46,334 nucleotides of DNA from Deltaproteobacteria bacterium UBA6930. GTDB taxonomy: Bacteria > Myxococcota_A > UBA9160 > UBA6930. Where the stretch lies: contig DKAI01000073.1 in NCBI GenBank assembly GCA_002450755.1, forward strand, positions 1-46,334. The letters run 5' to 3'. The notes below the pieces were generated by a model, which worked only from the letters and a program-made list of their open reading frames with translations, was not told where the DNA came from and did no database searches. Positions 36,694 through 45,005 of this stretch are shown here, piece by piece. The stretch's first letter is position 1, and the number at the start of each line of letters is the position of its first letter. The position numbers and the translations under genes are program-made.

Positions 36694-37797
36694 TTATTCG
36701 TCTCTACTGCTGGAATCTGAAGTTGAATTATCAACCTCTTTAGCCAATACACGTCGCTTCAATCCCTTTTCCGAGTAGACAGCATCAGCGATTCGTTCTC
36801 TAACATCGACCGTCTCTTTCAGAAAACGCCTCGCATTTTCACGTCCCTGTCCAATGCGCTCACCATTGTACGAGTACCAAGAGCCGCTCTTTTCGACAAG
36901 TCCGGCCTCAACACCTAGATCCAGGAGATCTCCTTCTAACGACACACCTTCATTGTAGAGAATATCGAATTCAGCCTGCTTAAAGGGAGGTGCGACTTTA
37001 TTTTTCACTACTTTGACTCGCGTCCGATTTCCAACCACTTCATCACCATCTTTAATCGCCGCGATTCGGCGCACGTCGAGCCGTACTGACGAGTAGAACT
37101 TAAGCGCATTCCCCCCACTTGTAGTTTCAGGGTTACCAAACATCACTCCGATTTTCATGCGAATTTGATTTATAAACGCGACGGTCGCATTTGATTTTGA
37201 CACGGTACCAGTCAGCTTTCTAAGAGCTTGGCTCATCAATCTAGCTTGAAGGCCCACATGATGGTCACCCATCTCGCCTTCTATTTCTGCCCGTGGCACT
37301 AAGGCAGCCACTGAATCTATCACGACCAGATCCACGGCACCTGAGCGAAGCAGTACATCCGCTATTTCGAGGGCTTGTTCGCCGGTATCTGGTTGAGATA
37401 CCAGTAACTCTTCAATATTCACTCCCAGGCGTCTTGCATAATTAATATCTAGAGCGTGTTCGGCGTCAATAAATGCCGCCACTCCGCCCAACTTCTGCAC
37501 TTCCGCGACTGCGTGGAGAGTTAAGGTTGTTTTCCCACTCGACTCAGGTCCGAAAATTTCGATCACTCGGCCTCTCGGATAACCACCTATCCCGAGTGCA
37601 ATATCAATGCTTGGGGATCCACTGGAAAATGAATCTGCCTCGGAATCAACTGCTTCCTGCCCCAACGAAAGAATTGCACCTTTACCAAACTGTTTCTCAA
37701 TCGTGGAAACAGCCAAATCTATCGCCTTTTCACGCGCACTTAGTGGCGCCTTCTGATTTTCTTTTATGTCCTCAGTCTTACGGTCATTCTTAGCCAT
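36694..37797 (-). CDS. recA: Recombinase RecA
   Basis: 367 aa. The sequence shows [10 protein letters not shown]..., Walker [71 protein letters not shown]. Confidence 0.97.
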   Translation of the reverse strand: MAKNDRKTEDIKENQKAPLSAREKAIDLAVSTIEKQFGKGAILSLGQEAVDSEADSFSSGSPSIDIALGIGGYPRGRVIEIFGPESSGKTTLTLHAVAEVQKLGGVAAFIDAEHALDINYARRLGVNIEELLVSQPDTGEQALEIADVLLRSGAVDLVVIDSVAALVPRAEIEGEMGDHHVGLQARLMSQALRKLTGTVSKSNATVAFINQIRMKIGVMFGNPETTSGGNALKFYSSVRLDVRRIAAIKDGDEVVGNRTRVKVVKNKVAPPFKQAEFDILYNEGVSLEGDLLDLGVEAGLVEKSGSWYSYNGERIGQGRENARRFLKETVDVRERIADAVYSEKGLKRRVLAKEVDNSTSDSSSRDE

Positions 37798-37903
37798 TGA
37801 TGTCTCCTTAGTTTTTAACTAGAAAAGTAATTCGTTTAGAGATGAATTGATCTTAGTTCTATACAGCGGGCACCCGCCGACTCGAGCCGGCTCTCGCAAA
37901 GGC

Positions 37904-39199
37904 TTACCTTCTTTCATTGCTTGACTTTTGTTGCCTCAAAAACTGCGGTGGTATGTAGGGTGCCCCAAGGAGCCTCCTACGAACCCAATCAAGTGCTAGC
38001 TGCGCAGTCAGCTCTCTATGGCGCTTTCGATCTAGAGAAATTACGAACGAATGAGCTTCACTTCCGGATTTGTCCGCTAGTCCTATAAACACCAGACCTA
38101 CTGGCTTCTCATCAGAACCCCCTCCCGGACCCGAAATCCCAGTAGTCGAAACGGCGACATCTGAATCAAATCTAGCCCGTGCTCCTTCCGCCATCGCACG
38201 CGCTACTTCATTTGAGACTGCCCCATGCTTAGACAGCAAGTCAGCGTCAACCCCCAGTAGCTGCCGTTTCGACTTGTCGGCATAGGCTACTACTCCTCCC
38301 TGAAAATATGACGAAGATCCTGGTACTTCGGTAATTCGGTGAGCAATTAATCCCGCAGTACAAGATTCCGCCGTCGCAAATGTTTTATTTGAAGAGTCGA
38401 GAAGCTCGCCAACAACTTTCTCCATAGGAGTCTCGCCTTCGGCGTACACGATTGCTCCAAGCCGCTCATGGATTGACTCGCAGATACCATCAAGCTTCCT
38501 GAGAGCGGCCGCCTCATTTCTGCCCTTTACAACAGGTCGGATGTAATTATCTGGAAATGAGGTTCGAAAGCCGAGCTTTACATCTTTGTCGTTTCGAGCC
38601 AAATCGCCCAGTGCTTCATCAAGGTTTGATTCTCCCATCCCAAAAGTCCGCAGCAATCTCGCTCTCACGACCGTTTCATTTGAAAGGTGAGTTGAGATTC
38701 GTGGTAGAACCTGCTCGTCCATCATTAGATAAAGTTCGCGGGGCACACCGGGCATACAAAAGATCAATGAACCTGCTGCCTCCAACAGGCATCCTGGAGC
38801 GGTCCCTATAGGGTTTAAAAGGATTTCAGCCCCTTCTGGAAAATAGGCCTGCTTCCGATTTAAGTCAGACATCTCACGACCCAGCTTCGAAAAGAAGGTT
38901 TCTAGAGCATCCAATGAGTCCTGATCTAGTAAAAGAGTACGATCGAACGCAGATGCCAAAATTTCCACAGTGATATCATCGCGTGTTGGCCCCAAACCAC
39001 CTGAGACCAAAACAATTTGAGACCTTTCCGTCGCACATATCAAGGCATCTCGGATATCTTCCGGATCATCTGCAACAGTGGTGTGAAAGCGTGTCTCAAT
39101 ATCTAGCTGCAGCAGGCGATCCGAGAGATAAGACTTATTCGAATCGATTATCTCCCCTCGAAGTAATTCATCTCCAATCGTAAGGACCTCGGCTTTCAA
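37904..39199 (-). CDS. cinA: CinA family protein (MoCF-binding domain plus nicotinamide-nucleotide amidohydrolase PncC domain)
   Basis: 431 aa. The sequence shows AEVLTIGDELLRGEIIDSN..., VLVSGGLGPTRDD, and the C-terminal TAESCTAGL...GGVVAY...ISGPGG. The TTG start overlaps the pgpA TGA stop (aTTGAaa). Confidence 0.9.
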   Translation of the reverse strand: MKAEVLTIGDELLRGEIIDSNKSYLSDRLLQLDIETRFHTTVADDPEDIRDALICATERSQIVLVSGGLGPTRDDITVEILASAFDRTLLLDQDSLDALETFFSKLGREMSDLNRKQAYFPEGAEILLNPIGTAPGCLLEAAGSLIFCMPGVPRELYLMMDEQVLPRISTHLSNETVVRARLLRTFGMGESNLDEALGDLARNDKDVKLGFRTSFPDNYIRPVVKGRNEAAALRKLDGICESIHERLGAIVYAEGETPMEKVVGELLDSSNKTFATAESCTAGLIAHRITEVPGSSSYFQGGVVAYADKSKRQLLGVDADLLSKHGAVSNEVARAMAEGARARFDSDVAVSTTGISGPGGGSDEKPVGLVFIGLADKSGSEAHSFVISLDRKRHRELTAQLALDWVRRRLLGAPYIPPQFLRQQKSSNERR

Positions 39200-39771
39200 T
39201 ATATTTCTCCCTCGGGACTAATCGCAAAAATTACAATCGCAACGAAAACCGCTGCCATAAACCCTGCTATCAGATCGTCAAGGATCACACCCAATCCTCC
39301 GGAAAATTTTCGCTCGGCCCATCCTACGGGCCATAACTTCGTAATATCAAAGCAACGAAATGCGACGAATGCGGTCACAGCAGCTGCCGTAGTCTCCGTT
39401 TCCCAAACAAAAGGCGACGATGAGAAGAAAGTACATTTGGCGACAAGGGGAACTAGGGAAAAGTACTGCCCAAAAACTTCATCTATCACAATTCGACCGT
39501 CGTCCTTGTTACCTAGAATTCTTTCAACCCGACCAGCGGCCCAGATTCCAAGGGGCAGCAGAAAAATCACAAGACAAACCGCCACCCCGATCAATAAATT
39601 AACCGTCCAACCCAGACACGAAAATAACACGAAAATGAAAATTGCGCTGATGGAGGCCCAAGTTCCAGGTGCCCATGGTAAAAAACCCACACCAAACCAG
39701 GTAGCGATCGCCAATGCTACTGAATCGAGACTTTTCGAGCACCTTTGTCCCATATCAACGCGCATATCCAC
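39196..39771 (-). CDS. pgpA: Phosphatidylglycerophosphatase A
   Basis: 191 aa membrane protein. The sequence shows IATWFGVGFLPWAPGTWASI..., IVIDEVFGQ, FRCFDITKLWPV, GGLGVILDDLIAG. It sits in the conserved position upstream of cinA-recA. Confidence 0.8.
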   Translation of the reverse strand: MDMRVDMGQRCSKSLDSVALAIATWFGVGFLPWAPGTWASISAIFIFVLFSCLGWTVNLLIGVAVCLVIFLLPLGIWAAGRVERILGNKDDGRIVIDEVFGQYFSLVPLVAKCTFFSSSPFVWETETTAAAVTAFVAFRCFDITKLWPVGWAERKFSGGLGVILDDLIAGFMAAVFVAIVIFAISPEGEIY

Positions 39772-39993
39772 AGCAACCTGTCGGATTATCTAGTCCCAGC
39801 CCCTTTTAAAATGCCTCGGCATACAGAAGAGGTAGGAGTGCAGTTCTTTACGGGGAACCCGCTGAGAATCCTATCGCGACAGGGATCCTTGGCAAGGAGA
39901 ATCACGTTTCCTCACAAGCAACCACCAGAAAAATCAAAGCCTGGTGGTCAAGAACCTACAGTCTCTCAGTTTACAGTTAGCTAACGTTTCCTG

Positions 39994-40419
39994 ATGCGAG
40001 TCATGGGCTTAGATTACGGCTCGAAAAGAATTGGTCTGGCTGTTTCGGACGAAGAAGGCAAATTTGCTTTTCCGGCTGGTGTTATCCACAGGTCCAATAA
40101 GCAGGAAGACTTAAATGCTATCCTCTCATTCGTCGAGGAAAAAGCTATCAAACAAATCGTTTTAGGCCTTCCACTCCATATGGATGGAAAGGAGGGTTCT
40201 GAGGCTAAGAAGGTTATAACTTTTTCTGAAGAACTGAGGAGATTAACGCGGCTTCCGGTCGCAGTAGTGGATGAACGTTGGACTAGCATCGAAGCGGAAC
40301 GGGCCTTGGAGACAGTAGGAGGCAAAAAGAAGGCAAGAAGGAAATCTGGAGAAATCGACGCATCCGCCGCTTCGATCATTCTAAGGTCGTGGCTCGATCA
40401 GGCGGTAGACCGCAAATGA
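39994..40419 (+). CDS. ruvX: Putative pre-16S rRNA nuclease / Holliday junction resolvase-like protein YqgF
   Basis: 141 aa. The sequence shows MRVMGLDYGSKRIGLAVSD..., VLGLPLHMDGKEG, VVDERWTS.EAE, IDASAASIIL. Confidence 0.9.
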   Translation: MRVMGLDYGSKRIGLAVSDEEGKFAFPAGVIHRSNKQEDLNAILSFVEEKAIKQIVLGLPLHMDGKEGSEAKKVITFSEELRRLTRLPVAVVDERWTSIEAERALETVGGKKKARRKSGEIDASAASIILRSWLDQAVDRK

Positions 40420-40444
40420 AGAATCGATTCGTTCGAGGTAAAAA

Positions 40445-41461
40445 TTGAGGAGGAGTAGCTTACCAATACGTGTTATCAGCTTTGTAGCGTTACTATCTCT
40501 ACTTTTGCTTAGTTTAGTAATCAAGGCGGCAATCAGTCCAGTTGACGCTAATGGAAAACACGTCAGCGTTATACTTTTACCTGGTACAACCTTTTCAGAA
40601 GTAGCAACTAAACTTGCAGCCAAGAAATTAATCCACAGGCGTGCATTTACATTTTTTGCTCGAGTACGGCAACTCGACTCCAAAGTTAGATCGGGAGAGT
40701 ACAGCTTAAGTCCATCGATGTCTTCCTGGGAAATTCTGACCATTCTCTCTCGTGGACAAGTGCTCACCTACAAAATTTCTATTCCCGAAGGACTGAAAGC
40801 CAGCCAAATTGCAAACCGCCTGCATGAAGCCCAAATTGTAGAAGCAGCCGACTTTCTTGAAGGCGTACACAACATTGCATGGCTACAAGAACACGGCCTC
40901 GAGGGTTCAAGCTATGAGGGATACCTCTTCCCCGAAACTTATACTTTTTCAAAAGGCCTCCCTGTCAAAACCGTTCTCAAAACGTTTGCGGCCCAATTTC
41001 ATGACCGCTGGAAACGTTTAGAAAGTAAAGCCAAAAACACAGGATTAAACATGCGAGAAATAGTTATCCTCGCATCAATTATTGAAAAAGAAACTGGCCA
41101 ATCTTCAGAACGACCCCGTATAGCCTCTGTTTTTTTAAATCGCCTTGCGAAAGGCATAAGGCTTCAGACTGATCCCACAGTGATTTACGGTATAAAAACT
41201 TTTGACGGTAACCTTACGAGACGTCATTTAAACGATTCAACAAACCCTTATAACACTTATCAGTTTTCAGGTCTTCCTCCTGGTCCGATCTCTAATCCCG
41301 GAGAAGCCTCGCTGCGTTCCGTCGTTGAACCAGAAATTACGAAATTCCTCTACTTCGTCGCACGCGGAGATGGAAGTCACGAATTTACCCAAACTTACCG
41401 CGATCACCTAAAAGCGGTTGAGAAATATCAAATCAGACGATCAAACCTCAATAAGAAATAA
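40445..41461 (+). CDS. mltG: Endolytic murein transglycosylase MltG (YceG family)
   Basis: 338 aa with a TTG start and an N-terminal membrane anchor. The sequence shows IPEG.KASQIANRL, EGYLFPETYTF, ILASIIEKETG...RPRIASVFLNRL..GIRLQTDPTVIYG, YNTYQFSGLPPGPISNPG. It lies downstream of ruvX, as is common. Confidence 0.9.
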   Translation: MRRSSLPIRVISFVALLSLLLLSLVIKAAISPVDANGKHVSVILLPGTTFSEVATKLAAKKLIHRRAFTFFARVRQLDSKVRSGEYSLSPSMSSWEILTILSRGQVLTYKISIPEGLKASQIANRLHEAQIVEAADFLEGVHNIAWLQEHGLEGSSYEGYLFPETYTFSKGLPVKTVLKTFAAQFHDRWKRLESKAKNTGLNMREIVILASIIEKETGQSSERPRIASVFLNRLAKGIRLQTDPTVIYGIKTFDGNLTRRHLNDSTNPYNTYQFSGLPPGPISNPGEASLRSVVEPEITKFLYFVARGDGSHEFTQTYRDHLKAVEKYQIRRSNLNKK

Positions 41462-41692
41462 CCCATATGAACCCATTGATAGCGTAATCACTTACCACGC
41501 CGAGACTACTCAACCTCTACCATCTAGAAGACTTCTCTAAATAGAACGAGTCGACGTTTATTACTAGGATTCCCGGTCCCTTCGTTCATACTAACTCCCT
41601 GCCCACGCCTGGATCTTAAGATCTACAAAGCCTGAGCGTCTTGTCATTTCTGTTATCAGTTGGAATCTTCCACAAAACATTCCGGGAATTAT

Positions 41693-43099
41693 TCAGGACT
41701 GTATGACTAATTTAGACAGGCTCGTCTTTCTCAAATTAGTTTTCTGTATTGTTTTCACCAGTTCCGAAACTTTTTCAACGTCGGTCTCAAACGGATTATT
41801 ACAAACAACTCTAACGTTCAAAAGATTCCCTAACCTTATATTCGACCAATCTAAGTCATATTGAATACCATTTTGCCGAGCGAGTTTTATAAATTCCCCT
41901 CGCATTCGTGCACGTGTATCGTGAGGCGGCTCTGTTTTAGCCTTTAGAATCTCATCGTCGTTTAGTATTCGGTCGACTTGCCCTTTTCTTTCCAACAAGT
42001 AGTAAAGACCTTTCTTAACTCTTATATCGTGATACTGAAGATCCAGCATAAAGATTCTTGGGTTAGTCCATGAAATTTCTTTATTCTCGACAAAAGAACG
42101 AATCAATTTACGCTTAATAATCCAATCAATCTTGGTGTCCAGTTTTTCGGGATCAGTCTCCAGGCAATCTAGAGCATGACTCCACATAGATACAGCCTGT
42201 CGAACCTCTTCCGATACTGGATAGTCTTCAATATACCTGTGAGCCATCTCGCAATAATCCCGTTGAATCTCTATTGGCGAAAACTCCCGACCATTATCGA
42301 GGCGTAATTTTCTTTGACAGGTTGTGTCATATGAAATGTCTTTAATCGATTTAACAGGATTCCTAAGTGTGAAGTCCTTGTTTATGTAATTATCTTCAAT
42401 CATCTGCAGAACTACGGTGGCTGCGCCGATTTTCAAAAAATTTGTATACTCCGACATATTCGAATCGCCAACAATGACATGAAGCCTACGATACTTTTCT
42501 CGATCAGCGTGCGGTTCATCCCTTGTATTTATGATCGATCTATCGTTGGTCGTCGTCCCTGATATTTTTTGGTATATATGTTGCGCTCGTTGACTGACGC
42601 AATAGTGAGTTCCTTCCTGGGTCTGGAAAACTTTACCAGCTCCACTATATATCTGGCGAGTTACCAAAAATGGAATCAATTGTTCGGCTAGATAATAGAA
42701 ATCGACATCGCGATCAACCAGATAGTTTTCATGGCAACCGTAGCTATTCCCAACAAAGTCTGTGTTGTTTTTGAAAATTGACAGCTTTCCCGGAATACGT
42801 TCCTCACGAATTCTTTCCTCTGCATAATTCTGCAAATCTTCGAGTATTCGTTCTCCGGCTCTATCGTAGACAATTAGTTGCTTCGGACTTGAACACTCCG
42901 GAGTGGCATATTCGGGGTGGCAACCAGTATCTTGGTAAAATCTCGCTCCGTTCTCAAGAAAGACATTTAGAAAATGTTCCGTGGTAATCAGTTTTTCAAA
43001 AAGAAATCTTATTGCCTTTTCCACGGGAAGTGTTTTTCGGCCTTCCGGAGAAAAAATTATCCCGTATTCTGTTTCAACACCAAAAATGCGTTTCTGCAA
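41693..43099 (-). CDS. pafA: Pup--protein ligase PafA
   Basis: 468 aa with a TTG start 12 nt after the prcA stop. It is collinear with M. tuberculosis PafA: MQKRIFGVETEYG (Mtb MQRRIMGIETEFG), NVFLENGARFYQDTGCHPEYATPEC, YDRAGERILEDL, IFKNNTDFVGNSYGCHENYL, GAGKVFQTQEGTHYCVSQRAQHI, IINTRDEPHADREKYRRLHVIVGDSNMSE, IDWIIKRKL, TRARMRGEFI. Confidence 0.9.
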   Translation of the reverse strand: MQKRIFGVETEYGIIFSPEGRKTLPVEKAIRFLFEKLITTEHFLNVFLENGARFYQDTGCHPEYATPECSSPKQLIVYDRAGERILEDLQNYAEERIREERIPGKLSIFKNNTDFVGNSYGCHENYLVDRDVDFYYLAEQLIPFLVTRQIYSGAGKVFQTQEGTHYCVSQRAQHIYQKISGTTTNDRSIINTRDEPHADREKYRRLHVIVGDSNMSEYTNFLKIGAATVVLQMIEDNYINKDFTLRNPVKSIKDISYDTTCQRKLRLDNGREFSPIEIQRDYCEMAHRYIEDYPVSEEVRQAVSMWSHALDCLETDPEKLDTKIDWIIKRKLIRSFVENKEISWTNPRIFMLDLQYHDIRVKKGLYYLLERKGQVDRILNDDEILKAKTEPPHDTRARMRGEFIKLARQNGIQYDLDWSNIRLGNLLNVRVVCNNPFETDVEKVSELVKTIQKTNLRKTSLSKLVIQS

Positions 43100-43111
43100 A
43101 ACCGTTTCTCT

Positions 43112-43810
43112 TTATTTAGTTAATATCTCTTTGACATCTGGGGATGTTAAGCGAATAAACTTCCTGCCGGTACGGCTTCTATCTAGAAGGCAGACCTCTA
43201 AGCTTTCTGGAGGCAAATCGCTCGTTCCGTTTTCAGCGCGCTGCAGAGCGTCATGACCAAGCTCGAGAGCTGTCTCCAGCGTCATGTTCTCTTGGTAGTT
43301 CACTTCGACATGGCGTTTTACATTGTCATTCGCCCCACCGATTACACTGAAGCCCTCCAGCTCTAGAATACTTCCGTCGAAATTTACATTGTAAAGCGCA
43401 TTCGCGGAGTGCGCCGGACTTTCAGGATCTCCAATCTCGGCCACTACGATCTCAACCTCTAAAGGTTTAATCGCTCGATTAAATTCGTCCCCGATCATTT
43501 GAGAGTACAGATTGGCCAAGGCTTTCGCGCGCACGTCCTCCCTACTAAAACGAAAGCCTTGTATGTCTGCATATTGAATTCCCAGCTGGCGAAGTCGATC
43601 AAATTCACTGTATTTTCCCACTCCAGCGAAACCGATCCGATCATAAATCTCTCCGATTTTTGAAAGATTCAGAGGATTTTCAGCAACTAACAAAATCCCT
43701 TCATCGTATTCGAGCGTAATCAGCGAACGGCCACGGGCGATCCCCTTCCTGGCAAATTCAGCTTTGTCTTGTGTCATTTGTTCAGGTGACACGTAGAAAG
43801 GCATTGACAT
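43112..43810 (-). CDS. prcA: 20S proteasome alpha subunit
   Basis: 232 aa. The N-terminus MSMPFYVSPEQMTQDKAEFARKGIARGRSLITLEYDEGILLVAENP parallels Mtb PrcA ([43 protein letters not shown]). AAGGAG lies upstream of the ATG. Confidence 0.92.
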   Translation of the reverse strand: MSMPFYVSPEQMTQDKAEFARKGIARGRSLITLEYDEGILLVAENPLNLSKIGEIYDRIGFAGVGKYSEFDRLRQLGIQYADIQGFRFSREDVRAKALANLYSQMIGDEFNRAIKPLEVEIVVAEIGDPESPAHSANALYNVNFDGSILELEGFSVIGGANDNVKRHVEVNYQENMTLETALELGHDALQRAENGTSDLPPESLEVCLLDRSRTGRKFIRLTSPDVKEILTK

Positions 43811-43839
43811 CTGTCCTTACTCCTTCCTCTCCTTCGAGC

Positions 43840-44667
43840 CTACCGAGACAATCTTAGACGCTGGCTGGCGACTACGCGATCGTATGCTTCCCGAATCTCT
43901 TCTTCTTCGACGTCTTCAGTTCCCTGTTGCTCACATAATTTTATTAAAGGAAAAATCCCTCGAACCAAGTCCACCCCACCCGTAGCTCGGTCTTCATCCG
44001 CGGCATCCGTGAGTGCTTCGATTGCTAGGTTTATCGCTAGACTGCGATTCAGATCTCGGCGATAAGATTTTTTTAAGGACTCTCGCGCAAAAATTGAACC
44101 CGAGCCAACACTATCAAAATCTCGCTCCTCATAACGACCCCCCGTTGGTTCATATCTCCACAAACGCCCGATGGAACGACGAAGATCAAACCCCGCAAAG
44201 ACTGGCACAACCACCAAACCTTGCATGGCCATCGGTAAATTTTGCTTGATGAGTTGCGCGAGAGTGTTCGCTTTTCCTTCTAGCTCTAAAGGAGCCCCTT
44301 CGATCTTTTCGTAGTGCTCAAGCTGAATTCTCAAAAGGCGCGCCATTTCAATCGCTGGTCCAGCTGCTCCAGCAATAGCCATAACGGAATGGAGATCTGT
44401 GGCATAGACCTTATCAATTTCCCTTGAGGCTACTTGGTGACCGATAGTGGCAAGCCTGTCACCAGCCACCAGAACGCCACCTTCATAGCGTAACGCGAGT
44501 ACTGTTGTGCCTTCAGAGCTTAAAAAAGGCGCTGAAAGTTCGCTTCCCTTGAAATCAGGCCGAAGCTCCGGACACTGATCATTCAAAAGTTCGTTAAAAC
44601 TAGAACCTAGGTAGCCTCCATTAAATCGAAATCGCAGTTTTGTTCTCCTTCTAAACCTCGTAGCCAA
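43840..44667 (-). CDS. prcB: 20S proteasome beta subunit with an N-terminal propeptide
   Basis: The propeptide contains SSFNELLNDQCPELRP (Mtb SSFTDFLRRQAPELLP), followed by the cleavage/active-site junction G|TTVLALRYEGGVLVAGDR (Thr at residue 54 of the track ORF). The start is ambiguous: TTG at 44667, or CTG at 44637, which lies 7 nt after AAGGAGA. Confidence 0.9.
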   Translation of the reverse strand: MATRFRRRTKLRFRFNGGYLGSSFNELLNDQCPELRPDFKGSELSAPFLSSEGTTVLALRYEGGVLVAGDRLATIGHQVASREIDKVYATDLHSVMAIAGAAGPAIEMARLLRIQLEHYEKIEGAPLELEGKANTLAQLIKQNLPMAMQGLVVVPVFAGFDLRRSIGRLWRYEPTGGRYEERDFDSVGSGSIFARESLKKSYRRDLNRSLAINLAIEALTDAADEDRATGGVDLVRGIFPLIKLCEQQGTEDVEEEEIREAYDRVVASQRLRLSR

Positions 44668-44696
44668 AAGGTACTCGGTCGTCTTCTCGAAACTTT

Positions 44697-44903
44697 CTAT
44701 TCTCCGCCCCGTTGGACATAATTTTTTACAAACTCTTCAGCATTCTCCTCTAAAACTTCGTCGATTTCGTCCACGAGGGCATCCATTTCATCTTTAAGCT
44801 CTTCGCCTTTTTTGGAGAGCTTCTGACCGTCTCCGCCCTGTTTATCTTGATCTCCGCCGTCGCCACCACCCTGCTTTTGCTTTTGAGTATTGTCCGCCGC
44901 CAT
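44697..44903 (-). CDS. pup: Prokaryotic ubiquitin-like protein Pup, with a C-terminal GGE
   Basis: From the ATG at 44903 the 68-aa product is MAADNTQKQKQGGGDGGDQDKQGGDGQKLSKKGEELKDEMDALVDEIDEVLEENAEEFVKNYVQRGGE. It is nearly superimposable on Mtb Pup (...LLDEIDDVLEENAEDFVRAYVQKGGQ). The track ORF start at 44969 adds 22 residues not seen in Pup proteins. Confidence 0.9.
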   Translation of the reverse strand: MAADNTQKQKQGGGDGGDQDKQGGDGQKLSKKGEELKDEMDALVDEIDEVLEENAEEFVKNYVQRGGE

Positions 44904-45005
44904 CACTGCACCATGCCGGCGAAGAAGGCGCTTCAAACTGGTATCCCTGCCATTGTTACTCCGAATCATGACTTTTCTCCTGTCCGACTCCTGCTGGAAG
45001 CCGGC

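Noticed and set aside
39851-39900. GGGGAACCCGCTGAGAATCC upstream of ruvX, superficially like the CUGAGA box of a TPP riboswitch.
   Set aside because: The rest of the THI-box (the ACCUGAUCUGGAUAAUGCCAGCG-type pyrophosphate sensor helix) is missing. The downstream gene is unrelated to thiamine.
39921-39948. An 8-bp perfect hairpin (ACCACCAG-N12-CTGGTGGT) in the pgpA/ruvX divergent intergenic region.
   Set aside because: There is no following U-tract, so it is not a terminator. I found no repeat of it elsewhere in the window, and a single short stem is within chance expectation. The overlapping 79-aa ORF (39745..39984) has no SD sequence or recognisable family.
41612-41623. A perfect 12-bp palindrome (GATCTTAAGATC) in the convergent mltG/pafA intergenic region.
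   Set aside because: It is short and isolated, with no flanking repeats or adjacent regulator. It lies downstream of both genes, so an operator role is unlikely.
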